From Acidimicrobiales bacterium (GTDB lineage Bacteria; Actinomycetota; Acidimicrobiia; Acidimicrobiales; CADCSY01): a stretch of 64,000 bases of DNA. Location: the NCBI GenBank assembly GCA_035512495.1, contig DATKDW010000052.1:5256-69255 (forward strand), given 5' to 3'. Shown in pieces: positions 46,042 to 55,726 of this stretch; positions within the stretch are counted from its first letter, which is position 1, and each line of letters starts with the position of its first letter. The position numbers were made by a program, and so were the translations under genes. The notes below the pieces were generated by a model, which was not told where the DNA came from, did no database searches, and worked only from the letters and a program-made list of their open reading frames with translations.

Positions 46042-46431
46042 ATGACTGAATACGCAGACGTGCCCTCCGAAATCGTCCGCCGTGTCCGTGCAGCATGCGC
46101 TCACTTGCCGGAGGCATACGAGGAGCAGGCGTTCGAAGGGGTCCGGTGGCGGATCCGCGGCAGCACGCTGGCCCACGTAATCGCGAGGGACTACGGGGAG
46201 GGGCCGGTCTCCCACGTGACCTTCCACGCACTCAGTGAGGAGCTTGACGCGCTGGTCGCAACCGGCGATCCATTCTTCCCGGGGTGGGGCGCTGGTCTCG
46301 TCGCAATGGTGCTACGCAGCGACGGAACGACTGATTGGGACGAGGTCCGGGAATTGCTCACGGAGAGCTACTGCTTGCTCGCTCCGAAGAAGCTGGTCGC
46401 TCGCCTCGATACATTTCGACCCGACGTATAG
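46042..46431 (+). CDS. MmcQ/YjbR-family protein
   Basis: 'RVRAACAHLPEAYEEQAFEGVRWRIRGSTLAHV...WDEVRELLTESYCLLAPKKL' matches the YjbR pattern. Confidence 0.75.
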   Translation: MTEYADVPSEIVRRVRAACAHLPEAYEEQAFEGVRWRIRGSTLAHVIARDYGEGPVSHVTFHALSEELDALVATGDPFFPGWGAGLVAMVLRSDGTTDWDEVRELLTESYCLLAPKKLVARLDTFRPDV

Positions 46432-46456
46432 AGGGCCTGGCGGTAGGGTCACGCCC

Positions 46457-47659
46457 GTGGTGGTCGGGCACGTCGTCGTCGTCGGAGCGTCGCTCGGCGG
46501 CCTGCGCACCGTGCAGAGCCTGCGGTCGGCCGGCTTCGAGGGGCGGGTCACGCTCGTCGGCGACGAGGTCCACGCCCCCTACAACCGCCCGCCGCTGTCC
46601 AAGCAGGTCCTCGCCGGTGAGTGGGAGTCCGGGCGGACCGCGCTGACCGACGACGCCGGGCTGGCGAAGCTCGACATGGACCTCCGCCTCGGGCAGCGGG
46701 CCACCGACCTCGACCTTGACGACCGCAGCATCGGCCTCGCCGATGGCGAGCGCATCGGCTTCGACGCCCTGGTTGTGGCCACGGGGGCGTCGCCGCGCCA
46801 GCTGCCCGACACCCCCTCCCTCGAGGGGATCCACCTGCTGCGGACCCTCGACGACGCCCTCGCCCTGCGTGCCGCCTTCGACGATGCCGCCCGGCTGGTG
46901 GTCGTCGGTGCGGGCTTCATCGGCGCCGAGGTGGCGGCGACGGCGCGGGAACGCGGTCTCGAGGTCACCGTGCTCGAGGCACTGCCGGTGCCGCTCTCCA
47001 GAGGGCTCGGGCCGACCCTCGGCCCGGCCGTCGCCGCCATCCACGGGGACCACGGCGTCGACCTCCGATGCGGCGCCGCCGTCGCTGCCATCGAGGGTGA
47101 CGCACGGGTCGAACGGGTGCTGCTGAGCGACGGGAGCACGGTCGAAGCCGACCTGGTGGTCGTCGGCATCGGGGTCGTGCCTAAGACGCAGTGGCTCGAG
47201 GGCTCGGGGCTCGAGCTGCGCGACGGCGTGGTCTGCGACGAGACGTGCCAAGCGGTGGGCGCCCCTGGCGTCTGGGCAGTCGGCGACGTGGCCCGATGGC
47301 ACAACCCGCTGTTCGAGGAGGAGATGCGGGTCGAGCACTGGACCAACGCCGTCGACCAGGCCCGGGCCGTCGCCTCCAACATCGTCGGCGACCCCGCCCC
47401 CTACGCCCCCGTGCCCTACGTGTGGTCCGACCCGTACGGGTCCAAGATCCAGGTCCTCGGTCGTCCCGGCCCGACCGACGACGTCGAGGTGGTCAGCGGA
47501 TCCTTCGAGGAGCGCCGTTTCGTCGCCCTCACCCACCGCGACGACCGCCTCACCGCCGTCGTCGGGCTCGACGAGCCCCGGAACGTCATGCGCTTCATGC
47601 GCCTGCTCTCCTCCCGCTCGTCGTCGGCGGATGCCCGGGCCTTCGCCACCGACCTCTGA
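46457..47659 (+). CDS. NAD(P)/FAD-dependent oxidoreductase, ferredoxin-reductase type
   Basis: 'VVVVGASLGGLRTV...YNRPPLSKQVL...LVVVGAGFIGAEVAA...AVGDVA' has two Rossmann motifs. GTG start. Confidence 0.85.
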   Translation: MVVGHVVVVGASLGGLRTVQSLRSAGFEGRVTLVGDEVHAPYNRPPLSKQVLAGEWESGRTALTDDAGLAKLDMDLRLGQRATDLDLDDRSIGLADGERIGFDALVVATGASPRQLPDTPSLEGIHLLRTLDDALALRAAFDDAARLVVVGAGFIGAEVAATARERGLEVTVLEALPVPLSRGLGPTLGPAVAAIHGDHGVDLRCGAAVAAIEGDARVERVLLSDGSTVEADLVVVGIGVVPKTQWLEGSGLELRDGVVCDETCQAVGAPGVWAVGDVARWHNPLFEEEMRVEHWTNAVDQARAVASNIVGDPAPYAPVPYVWSDPYGSKIQVLGRPGPTDDVEVVSGSFEERRFVALTHRDDRLTAVVGLDEPRNVMRFMRLLSSRSSSADARAFATDL

Positions 47660-47750
47660 GGCCCTCCCGCTGAGACCGGCCGCGTAGGGTCCCGATCACG
47701 ACGACGGAGGGAGCGGGGACCGTGGGCGAGGGAGAGGGCCTGTCCGTCTT

Positions 47751-48251
47751 CTACCCCCGGGCAGGCGGGACCCGCTTGGCGCGTGAGGCGTCGGCCATGG
47801 TGGCCCGGAGCGTCCGCAGGCGCTCGGCCAGCTCGGGGTCGCCCACGGCAAGGATCTGGGCGGCGAGGAGGCCGGCGTTGCGGGCGCCATCGACGGCGAC
47901 GGTGGCCACGGGGATCCCCGCGGGCATCTGGACGATGGAGAGCAGCGAGTCGAGACCCGACAGGGCGGTGATCGACACGGGCACCCCGATCACCGGGAGC
48001 ACGGTGGTGGACGCCAGCATCCCGGGCAGGTGGGCGGCGCCACCGGCGCCGGCCACGATCACCTTGGTGCCGCGCTCGTGGGCGGTGGTGCCGAAGTCGA
48101 TCATGTCGTGGGGCGTCCGGTGGGCCGACAGCACCCTGGTCTCTGCCTCCACCCCGACCTCGGCCAGGGCGTCGACGGCGGCGCCCATGACCTTCCAGTC
48201 GCTGTCGCTTCCCATCACCACCGCCACCGGCGGCACCGTAGCGGCGCTCAC
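47751..48251 (-). CDS. purE: 5-(carboxyamino)imidazole ribonucleotide mutase
   Basis: '[14 protein letters not shown]...SAHRTP...[10 protein letters not shown]...PVIGVP' is the canonical PurE sequence. Confidence 0.95.
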   Translation of the reverse strand: MSAATVPPVAVVMGSDSDWKVMGAAVDALAEVGVEAETRVLSAHRTPHDMIDFGTTAHERGTKVIVAGAGGAAHLPGMLASTTVLPVIGVPVSITALSGLDSLLSIVQMPAGIPVATVAVDGARNAGLLAAQILAVGDPELAERLRTLRATMADASRAKRVPPARG

Positions 48252-49378
48252 GGTGCATCCCGCCCGATGAGCACGTCGGCGGCCCGACGAGCAAGGTCGG
48301 CCGCCACGTCGAGGTCGTCTGCAAGCACCGTCACGTGCCCGACCTTACGACCCGGCCGGGGTGACTTGCCGTAGAGGTGCACGTGCACGGGTCCGAGGGC
48401 CAGCGCGTCCGGCAGTCGGGCGTGCAGATCGTCGTCGCTCGACTCCGTGATGACGTTGGCCATGGCGACTGCCGGTGCCCGCAGGTCGGTGGGGCCGAGT
48501 GGCCAGTCGAGGACAGCGCGAAGGTGGTTCTCGAACTGGGACGTCACCGCCCCCTCGATGGTGAGGTGGCCGCTGTTGTGGGGCCGCGCCGCCAGCTCGT
48601 TGACGAGCACCGCACCGTCGACCACAAAGAGCTCGACGGCGAGCAGCCCCGTGGCGTCGAGGTGCTCGGCGATGCCACGAGCCACCTCCGCCGCTTCGGC
48701 GGCGATGGCCGGGTCGACGCGGGCCGGGGCCAGGACCTCCCGGCAGATGCCGGCGCGCTGGACGGTCTCGACCACCGGGTACACCACGGCCTCACCGCCG
48801 GGGCGGCGCGCGACGATCACCGCGAGCTCGCGGTCGAGGTCGAGCACCGGCTCGAGGACCACGCGACCGCAGCGCTCGAGCACGGCGACCGCCTCGTCGG
48901 CACCCTCGACGAACCACACGCCCCGGCCGTCGTAGCCGCCGGTGGCGGCCTTGACCACGACGGCGGGACCATGCCGCTCGACGAAGTCGGCCACCGCTGA
49001 CCGGTCCTCGGCGACGGCGAATGTCGGCACGGGGAACCCTGCCTCCGCCAGCCGCCAGCGCTGCTCCGACTTGTCGACCGCCAGCGCCAGGGTGCGCCCC
49101 GCCGGCCGCACGGCGATCCCCTCGGCCTCGACAGCGGCCACCGACGCCGCCGCCACGCCCTCGTGGTCGAAGGTCACCACGTCGCAGGTGCGCCCGAAGG
49201 CGATCAGCTCCGCGGGGGTGGTGGCTCCACGGGCCACCTCCACCCCCGCCGGGGTGACCGGCACCTCGTCGGGCCCGGCGAGGATGCGCATCCGGACATC
49301 GAGCGAGACCGCCGCCTGGGCGGTCATCCGCGCCAGCTGCCCCGCCCCCACCATCCCCACGATCGGCGCCTGCGCCAC
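48248..49378 (-). CDS. purK: 5-(carboxyamino)imidazole ribonucleotide synthase
   Basis: ATP-grasp fold: '[12 protein letters not shown]...[15 protein letters not shown]...[12 protein letters not shown]'. Overlaps the purE start. Confidence 0.9.
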   Translation of the reverse strand: MAQAPIVGMVGAGQLARMTAQAAVSLDVRMRILAGPDEVPVTPAGVEVARGATTPAELIAFGRTCDVVTFDHEGVAAASVAAVEAEGIAVRPAGRTLALAVDKSEQRWRLAEAGFPVPTFAVAEDRSAVADFVERHGPAVVVKAATGGYDGRGVWFVEGADEAVAVLERCGRVVLEPVLDLDRELAVIVARRPGGEAVVYPVVETVQRAGICREVLAPARVDPAIAAEAAEVARGIAEHLDATGLLAVELFVVDGAVLVNELAARPHNSGHLTIEGAVTSQFENHLRAVLDWPLGPTDLRAPAVAMANVITESSDDDLHARLPDALALGPVHVHLYGKSPRPGRKVGHVTVLADDLDVAADLARRAADVLIGRDAP

Positions 49379-49531
49379 CCGGTCTCCTCCTCGACTCGTG
49401 CCGTCGACCTCATGATCGCCCAGACCGCCCGCCAGGAGCAGATCCGCCGACGGCTAGGTTCGCGGCACCCGAGGCAGCCAAGGAGCCCAGGTGGTCGAGA
49501 CCTCCAGTCGAACCGGAGAGGACGGAGCGAC

Positions 49532-50248
49532 GTGAGCACCGACCTCGTCTACCTGCGCGACGCGTACCTCCGTCGCGTCGACGCCATCGTCACCGACGTC
49601 GACCGCGGTGCCCGACGCGTGGCGCTCGACCGCACCGTGTTCTATGCCACCGGTGGTGGCCAGCCCCACGACACCGGCACCCTCGCCGGTCTCGAGGTGA
49701 CCGACGTCTCCAAGGTGGGCGAGGTCGTCTGGCACACCGTCGGCGAGGGCGACCTCCCCGAGGTCGGCGCCAGCGTGACCGGCGAGATCGACTGGGACCG
49801 CCGCCACGCCCTAATGCGGACCCACACCGCCCTCCACGTGCTGTGCGGCGTCATCTGGCACACCTACGGCAAGGCGGTCACGGGCGGGAACATGGAGCCG
49901 CTGACGGCCCGGATGGACTTCGAGTTCGACCCGCTCCCCGAGGACTTCAAGGCCGAGGTCGAGCGGCTGGTCAACGCCGAGCTCGAGGCCGCCCGGCCCA
50001 TCGAGGTGGGGTTCCTGCCCGTCGACGCAGGCGGCGAGGTCGACGCCGAGTGGATCCGCACCAAGGTCAACATGATCCCCGAGGGCGTGACCGAGGTGCG
50101 CTACGTCGACATCGTCGGCCTCGACAAGCAGGCCGACGGCGGAACCCACGTGGCGTCCACCGACGAGGTCGGGCGCATCCGGGTGCTGAAGACCGAGTCG
50201 AAGGGCAAGGGCAACAAGCGCATCCGCATCGAGGTCACCGACCCGTAG
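49532..50248 (+). CDS. alaX: alanyl-tRNA editing protein (AlaX-M type)
   Basis: 'FYATGGGQPHDTG', 'RTHTALHVL' and 'ADGGTHV' are the zinc/editing-site motifs shared with the AlaRS editing domain. GTG 49532 follows GGAGAGGA. Confidence 0.85.
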   Translation: MSTDLVYLRDAYLRRVDAIVTDVDRGARRVALDRTVFYATGGGQPHDTGTLAGLEVTDVSKVGEVVWHTVGEGDLPEVGASVTGEIDWDRRHALMRTHTALHVLCGVIWHTYGKAVTGGNMEPLTARMDFEFDPLPEDFKAEVERLVNAELEAARPIEVGFLPVDAGGEVDAEWIRTKVNMIPEGVTEVRYVDIVGLDKQADGGTHVASTDEVGRIRVLKTESKGKGNKRIRIEVTDP

Positions 50249-50270
50249 GTCGCGACCAGCCAGCCGTGGT

Positions 50271-50990
50271 TCAGAGCCTGCGGCGCAGGAGCGAGTGGAC
50301 CCGCTCCCAGTGGAGCTCGGAGGCGGCCCGGTCGTAGCGCGGGCCGGCCGGTGCGAAGCCGTGCTCGGCGCCGGTGATGAGGTCGAGGGTGTACGGGGCC
50401 CCCGCCTGCTCGAGGGCGTCGCACATGACGGGGATGGTCTCCGGCGGGGCCGTCGGGTCACCGTCGACCCAGGCCATGTAGACCTCGGCCTTCACCGTGT
50501 CGAGTCCCACGTGCGGCGAGTCGGGTGTGTCGCGGACCATCCATGCCCCGTGGATCGAGGCGACCGCAGCCACGCGGTCCGGCAGCGACCGGGCCAGGCT
50601 GATCACCAGGCCACCGCTCATGCAGAACCCGACGGCGCCGACCGCGCCGTCCCGGGCGGCGGGATCGTCGGCGGCGGCCGCGAGCAGCGCCTCGGCGTCA
50701 CCCACGATGTTGGTCGGGGTGATGGTGTCCATCAGATCGCGCCGGGCGTGCATGTCCTCGTCGCTCTGGCCGAACTCCCGGTACGGCCCGCCGCGGTAGA
50801 AGAGGTAGGGCATCATCACGAAGTAGCCGGCGCTCGCCAGCCGCGACGCCATGTCCTTGAGCGCCGGCCGGATGCTCGGCGCATCCATCAGGTACAGCAC
50901 GACAGGGTGAGGCCCGTCGTGCTCGGGGTGGACGAGGAACGTGGGCATCTCGCCCTCGGGGGTGGTGACCTCGATGCGGCGCTCGATCAT
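50271..50990 (-). CDS. dienelactone hydrolase family protein
   Basis: 'PTFLVHPEHDGPHPVVLYLMDAPSIRPALKDMASRLASAGYFV...GFCMSGG...HGF' has alpha/beta-hydrolase DLH motifs. Confidence 0.85.
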   Translation of the reverse strand: MIERRIEVTTPEGEMPTFLVHPEHDGPHPVVLYLMDAPSIRPALKDMASRLASAGYFVMMPYLFYRGGPYREFGQSDEDMHARRDLMDTITPTNIVGDAEALLAAAADDPAARDGAVGAVGFCMSGGLVISLARSLPDRVAAVASIHGAWMVRDTPDSPHVGLDTVKAEVYMAWVDGDPTAPPETIPVMCDALEQAGAPYTLDLITGAEHGFAPAGPRYDRAASELHWERVHSLLRRRL

Positions 50991-51036
50991 GGGACGAGTC
51001 TGGCACCTCCCCCAGCCACCTCACCGGGGTCCCGAA

Positions 51037-51813
51037 TCAGGCTTCGCGGTCGATGGAGCCGTAGACGACCAGGGGCTGCTCGGACGAGATCACCCCGCCG
51101 GCCTGCTCCTCGGTGATGGCGAGCTGGATGAACTCGCCCGACACCGAGAAGGCGGCGTAGTCCGGCGCCGGGCCGAAGACGCCCAGGGAGACGGCACGGA
51201 GGTCGGGCGTCACGCCCCAGAGCTGGTAGGTCCGGTCGTCGGGCAGCCGGGGCAGGGTCGTCCCCCGGAGGAAGCCGACACCGTCGCGGCTGAGGACCGC
51301 CCGGGCGTCGATGCTTCCGTCGGCCGAGACGAGGTCGACCCGAACGGAGTCGCCGGAGGCGATGGCCGTCTGGTAGCCGCGCTCGACCGCCTCGATGGCG
51401 AGGTCGTGCTCGACCCGGTTGATCTGCTCGTTGAGGTCGCGGACCTGGAAGGCGAGCACGGCGATGACCACGCTGGCGGCCACGGCGAGGAGGCCGCCGC
51501 CGGCGCGGGTGACCCACGCCGGCCGGGTGCTGCGGTCGGGCCGGCGGGGCGCCGAGAAGAGCGGCAGGGCGGGGGCCGGCGGCGCCGCCTCGAGGTTCTC
51601 GGCGATGCGGTCCCAGATGCCGTCGGGCGCCGGCTCACCGCTGTAGGCGAGCATGGCTGCGACCTCGCGGTGCTGCTCGACCTCGGCCCGGCAGCGTGCG
51701 CAGGTGGTCAGGTGGGCGGCGACGAGGTGGCGCTCGTCGTCCTCGACGGCGTCGAGGGCGTAGGCGCCGAGGAGCTCCTCGATCGAGTCGTGTGACTGCT
51801 GTGGAGAGTTCAC
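51037..51813 (-). CDS. rskA: anti-sigma factor (zf-HC2 N-terminus, RskA-like C-terminal domain)
   Basis: 'LLGAYALDAVEDDERHLVAAHLTTCARCRAEV', a TM segment, then 'YQLWGV' in the RskA-type domain. The GTG start overlaps the sigma gene stop (GTGA) and follows GGAGG. Confidence 0.8.
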   Translation of the reverse strand: MNSPQQSHDSIEELLGAYALDAVEDDERHLVAAHLTTCARCRAEVEQHREVAAMLAYSGEPAPDGIWDRIAENLEAAPPAPALPLFSAPRRPDRSTRPAWVTRAGGGLLAVAASVVIAVLAFQVRDLNEQINRVEHDLAIEAVERGYQTAIASGDSVRVDLVSADGSIDARAVLSRDGVGFLRGTTLPRLPDDRTYQLWGVTPDLRAVSLGVFGPAPDYAAFSVSGEFIQLAITEEQAGGVISSEQPLVVYGSIDREA

Positions 51814-52433
51814 GATGGGCCTCCGACACCCGCATCGGCCAGTGATCGGCGCATCCTGCCGAGACCAGCCCGGATCCTTGACTTCACGGTACCTTCGGGC
51901 TGGTCGAGCTTCATCGCGACCTCGCGGTAGGTGAGGCCCCCGAAGTAGGCGAGCTCGATGGCCCGGCGCTCGTCCTCGGGCAGATCCACCAGGGCGTCCT
52001 TGACGTAGTCGGCGACGGCGAGGTCCCACACCTCGTGCTCCAGGTCGTAGCCGGCCTCGGCGGTGCGACGGTGGTCCTTGGACTCGCGGTTGCGACGCGA
52101 GCTCTCGGAGCGGATGAGGTCGACCGAGCGGCCGTGGCACTGGGCGAGCAGGTACGACCGCAGCGAGCCGCGGTCGGGGTCGAACTTGTCGGGCGCATCC
52201 CAGAGGCGGATGAAGACCTCCTGGACGACCTCCTCGGCGAGGGTGGCGTCGTTGAGGAGACGGCGGGCGAGGGCGAACACCGACCCGGCGTGGCGGCGGT
52301 ACGCCTCGGCCAGAGCATCCTGGCGCCAGCGACCGATGGCCACCACCACGGTGGCGTCACTGGCCTGGCTGAGATCCTGCGGGGTGGTCATGCCCTCGGT
52401 CTTCGGAGCCGCTGGCTCGTCCGGATGGCTCAT
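51810..52433 (-). CDS. sigK: ECF-type RNA polymerase sigma factor (SigK-like)
   Basis: Region 2 'LLNDATLAEEVVQEVFIRLW' and region 4 'LPEDERRAIELAYFGGLTYREVAMKLDQPEGTVKSRIRAGL'. ATG 52433 or 52391. Confidence 0.85.
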   Translation of the reverse strand: MSHPDEPAAPKTEGMTTPQDLSQASDATVVVAIGRWRQDALAEAYRRHAGSVFALARRLLNDATLAEEVVQEVFIRLWDAPDKFDPDRGSLRSYLLAQCHGRSVDLIRSESSRRNRESKDHRRTAEAGYDLEHEVWDLAVADYVKDALVDLPEDERRAIELAYFGGLTYREVAMKLDQPEGTVKSRIRAGLGRMRRSLADAGVGGPS

Positions 52434-52440
52434 GTCGCCC

Positions 52441-53640
52441 TCAGCCGTCGACGGGACGCCGGAACGCCGAGACGACTTCGACGTGTGGGGTGTGCGGGAA
52501 CAGGTCGACCGTCGCGCACCGCTCCAGCGTGTACCCCTCGGCAGCGAGGAGCGAAGCATCCCGCCCGAGTGCCGCCGGGTCGCAGCTGACCACCACGACG
52601 AGCGGCGCGCCGGTGCCCGCCACCGCCGCCACCCCGCGCCGCCCGAGACCGCTGCGCGCGGGGTCGGCGATCACCAGGTCGGCGGGCGACGGACGCCACC
52701 GGTCGACGTCGAGGCGGAGCACGCGGGCGTCGAGGCCGTCGAGGTTCACCCGGGCATCGGCCACCGCCGACGCGCTGCGCTCGACGAACGTGGTGCGCGC
52801 CGGCGCGCCCACCGTGCCGGCGAAGAGGCCCACCCCGCCGTAGAGGTCGACGACCCGGTCACCGGGGGCGACGGGCCCGGCGGCCTCGGCCACTGCGGCC
52901 ACCAGCGCCTCCGCGCCCTCGGGGCTGGCCTGGAAGAAGGACCGGGCCGAGACCCGCCACCGCCGCCCGGCAGCCTCCTCGGTGATCCAGGCCCGGCGCC
53001 CCCCGGCCAGCTCGTCCTCGCCCACCAGCACCACACCGTCGGGCACGTCGACCCCGGCCGCCCCGGGGTGGGCGAGCACGAGCCGCTCACCGGTGCGGGC
53101 GCCGCAGCGCAGGGTCAGCTCGTCGGCCTCACCCGCATCGCAGCGCACCAGGAGGTCCGAGAGGAGGGGGTGGGCGACCAAGCAGTCGTCGACGTCGACG
53201 ACCTCGTGGCTGCGCAGCCGGCGGAAGCCGAGCCGCCCGCCCGCCGCCGCCCCCACCCGCAACGTGGTGCGTCGGGCGTCGGGGCCGAGGGACGGACCCG
53301 CGGACACCTCGGGGTCCGGGATGCGACCCTGGCGGCGGAGGGCGTCCGCCACGATGTCGGCCTTGAGTCGGCGTTGGGCGCCTGGCTCCACGTGCTGCCA
53401 CGTGCAGCCGCCGCACCCTCGGCCGACGTGTGGGCACGGCGGGGCGACGCGCTCGGCGGCGGCGTCGACGACCTCGACCACCCGCGCCCGGGCGAAGTCC
53501 TTGCGCTCCTCGGTGACCTCGGCCCGCACCCGCTCGCCGGGCAGGGCGCCGGTGACGAAGACCACCCGTCCGTCGGCGTCGCGCGCCACGGCGTCGCCAC
53601 CGGCGGCGATCGCCGTGGTCGTCACCTCGATCGCACCCAC
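52441..53640 (-). CDS. TRAM-domain class I SAM-dependent RNA (uracil-5) methyltransferase, RumA/TrmA family
   Basis: TRAM 'GGDAVARDADGRVVFVTGALPGERVRAEV', Cys cluster 'CPHVGRGCGGCTWQH', SAM motif 'VVDLYGGVGLF' and 'DPARSG...SCDPA'. Confidence 0.85.
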   Translation of the reverse strand: MGAIEVTTTAIAAGGDAVARDADGRVVFVTGALPGERVRAEVTEERKDFARARVVEVVDAAAERVAPPCPHVGRGCGGCTWQHVEPGAQRRLKADIVADALRRQGRIPDPEVSAGPSLGPDARRTTLRVGAAAGGRLGFRRLRSHEVVDVDDCLVAHPLLSDLLVRCDAGEADELTLRCGARTGERLVLAHPGAAGVDVPDGVVLVGEDELAGGRRAWITEEAAGRRWRVSARSFFQASPEGAEALVAAVAEAAGPVAPGDRVVDLYGGVGLFAGTVGAPARTTFVERSASAVADARVNLDGLDARVLRLDVDRWRPSPADLVIADPARSGLGRRGVAAVAGTGAPLVVVVSCDPAALGRDASLLAAEGYTLERCATVDLFPHTPHVEVVSAFRRPVDG

Positions 53641-53693
53641 GACGACGCAGCCTACGGCCAGCCTGTCGGCGCGGTGGCCGTATCCTGCGGCCC

Positions 53694-54374
53694 ATGCCGC
53701 GCCACGTCGAGATCGCCCCGTCCGTCCTCCCCGCCGACTTCTCCCGCCTCGGCGAGGAGGTCGCCGCCCTCGAGGAGGCCGGGGTCGACCGCATCCAGTG
53801 GGACGTCATGGACGGTCGCTTCGTGCCGAACCTCACCTTCGGCCCCGATGTGATCGCTGCCGCCCGCCCGCACACCTCGCTGCCCTTCGAGGCCCACCTG
53901 ATGGTGGAGGAACCCGACGAGCTCCTCCACCGCTACGTGGAGGCCGGCTGCCGGTTGCTCATCGTCCACGCCGAGTCCACTCGTCACCTCCACCGCACGC
54001 TTGGGCGCGTGGCCGAGCTCGGTGCCGCAGCAGCCGTGGCCCTCAACCCCGCCACGCCCGCCTCCGCCGTCGCCCACGTCCTCGACCTCGTCGAGATGGT
54101 GCTGGTGATGACGGTGAACCCGGGCTTCGGAGGCCAGGACTACCTCGCGACCATGGAGCCCAAGGTGGCCGAGGTGGCGGCCCTCGTCGCCGCCGGCGGC
54201 CACGACGTCGACGTCGAGGTCGACGGCGGCATCGGGCCGGCGACCATCGCCGGCGCGGCGTCGGCCGGCGCCAACGTCCTGGTGGCCGGCAGCGCCCTCT
54301 ACCGGGACCCCGAGGGCCTCGCCCACGCCGTCACCGACCTCCGCGAGCGCGCCGAGCGGGCGCGGGCGGCCTGA
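53694..54374 (+). CDS. rpe: ribulose-phosphate 3-epimerase
   Basis: 'IAPSVLPADFSRLGEEV...DRIQWDVMDGRFVPNLTFGP...MTVNPGFGGQ' is the canonical Rpe sequence. Confidence 0.95.
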   Translation: MPRHVEIAPSVLPADFSRLGEEVAALEEAGVDRIQWDVMDGRFVPNLTFGPDVIAAARPHTSLPFEAHLMVEEPDELLHRYVEAGCRLLIVHAESTRHLHRTLGRVAELGAAAAVALNPATPASAVAHVLDLVEMVLVMTVNPGFGGQDYLATMEPKVAEVAALVAAGGHDVDVEVDGGIGPATIAGAASAGANVLVAGSALYRDPEGLAHAVTDLRERAERARAA

Positions 54375-54440
54375 CCACGGGGCCCACCCACGGGCTACGG
54401 CGGTGGGGAGCACCCGTCTCCGACGGCCCGAGTGCTGCCC

Positions 54441-55673
54441 TCAGTGGCGGACGGTGTGGCCCAGCGAGAGGCCGGCGGCGGCGTAGGCGCTGGCGTGGCC
54501 CAACACGTTGCTGACGTAGACCGACGATCGGTTGTAGGAGAGGATCGCCCGGCCCAGGTCACCGCCGGCCGGGAGGGCTCGGCACAGGTAGGTCGCGGCG
54601 CTGGCGGCGGCGTCGTAGAGGTTGTGGGGGTCGGCGACGCCGTCGCCGTTGCCATCGACGCCGTGGGCGCGCCAGGTCGACGGGATGAACTGCATCGGCC
54701 CCACAGCCCGGTCGACCACGGCGTCGCCGTCGACGGCACCACCGTCGGTGTCGGGGATGTGCATGGTGTTGCTGGTGCCGTCGAGCGGGATCCCGATGAT
54801 GCGCGGCGACACTCGTCCCCACTCGTCCGGCGCCGACCCCCCGAAGGTTCCGTGGCGGCTCTCGACCCGGCCGATGCCCGCCAGCACCTCCCACGGCAGG
54901 CGGCAGCTCGCGGCCGGGTGCTGGCTGCCACGCCAGTAGGCGTCGAGCACGGCGGTCGGCAGGCCGACGGCGACGGCTCGCGTCGACCGCGCCACCGCCG
55001 CCATCGTCTGACGCTGCTGGTCGGCGACGGCGAGCCAGCGCTGGTGGAGGGCGAGGGCGTCGTCGCGGCGCACGACGGCCGCGCCGTGCTCGGCGACCAC
55101 GTCGGTGAGGCGGCTGAGCACGTGCTCGGCGGTGGCCCGGGTCAGCATCGCCTGCTCGGTCGCCCGCTCCAGCCCTTCGACGACCTCGACCTCCACGGCG
55201 CCCCCGAGCACGCCCCGCCGGAGGTGGGCGTTCTCGTCTCCGCGGCCGAGGACGGCGTCGAGGTGGGCGCGGGCATCGTCGCTGCGGAAGGCAGCGACGG
55301 CGACCCCGACGAGGCGCTGGCGGGCAGCCGCCTCGCGCACTTCGGCGTCGCGGGCGTGGCCGCGGGCCACGTCGAGCGCCTCGACGAGGAGGTCGCGCAC
55401 GGCGGTGAGCTCCTCGGCCCGGGCATCGGCCCGCGCCGCCTCGGATGCAGCCACCCCCGACTGGCGACCGGCCTCCAGCCACCCATGGTGGGCCGCCGGG
55501 TAGCCCGCCCCCTCGACGATCACTCCGACGAGTCCGGGCGACAGGTCGCCGAGCGCCTCGGCAACGAGTGGGGCCCCCGTGGGCGCGGTGGGCTCCTGGG
55601 CATCGGCCGGGCGCGCCGGCAGCGCGACGAGCAGGACGGCGACGAGCGCGGCGAGGATCGGACGAAGGGGCAT
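54441..55673 (-). CDS. secreted lytic transglycosylase-domain protein (MltB/SLT_2-like) with N-terminal coiled-coil region
   Basis: Signal 'PILAALVAVLLVALPARPADA'. C-terminal 'LAGIGRVESRHG...GPMQFIPSTWRAHGVDGNGDGVADPHNLYDAAASAATYL'. Confidence 0.8.
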   Translation of the reverse strand: MPLRPILAALVAVLLVALPARPADAQEPTAPTGAPLVAEALGDLSPGLVGVIVEGAGYPAAHHGWLEAGRQSGVAASEAARADARAEELTAVRDLLVEALDVARGHARDAEVREAAARQRLVGVAVAAFRSDDARAHLDAVLGRGDENAHLRRGVLGGAVEVEVVEGLERATEQAMLTRATAEHVLSRLTDVVAEHGAAVVRRDDALALHQRWLAVADQQRQTMAAVARSTRAVAVGLPTAVLDAYWRGSQHPAASCRLPWEVLAGIGRVESRHGTFGGSAPDEWGRVSPRIIGIPLDGTSNTMHIPDTDGGAVDGDAVVDRAVGPMQFIPSTWRAHGVDGNGDGVADPHNLYDAAASAATYLCRALPAGGDLGRAILSYNRSSVYVSNVLGHASAYAAAGLSLGHTVRH

Positions 55674-55726
55674 GCCACGTGTTCTGTCGGCGCAATCCGG
55701 GCCCCCCTTGAGGTGGGACGGCCCGG

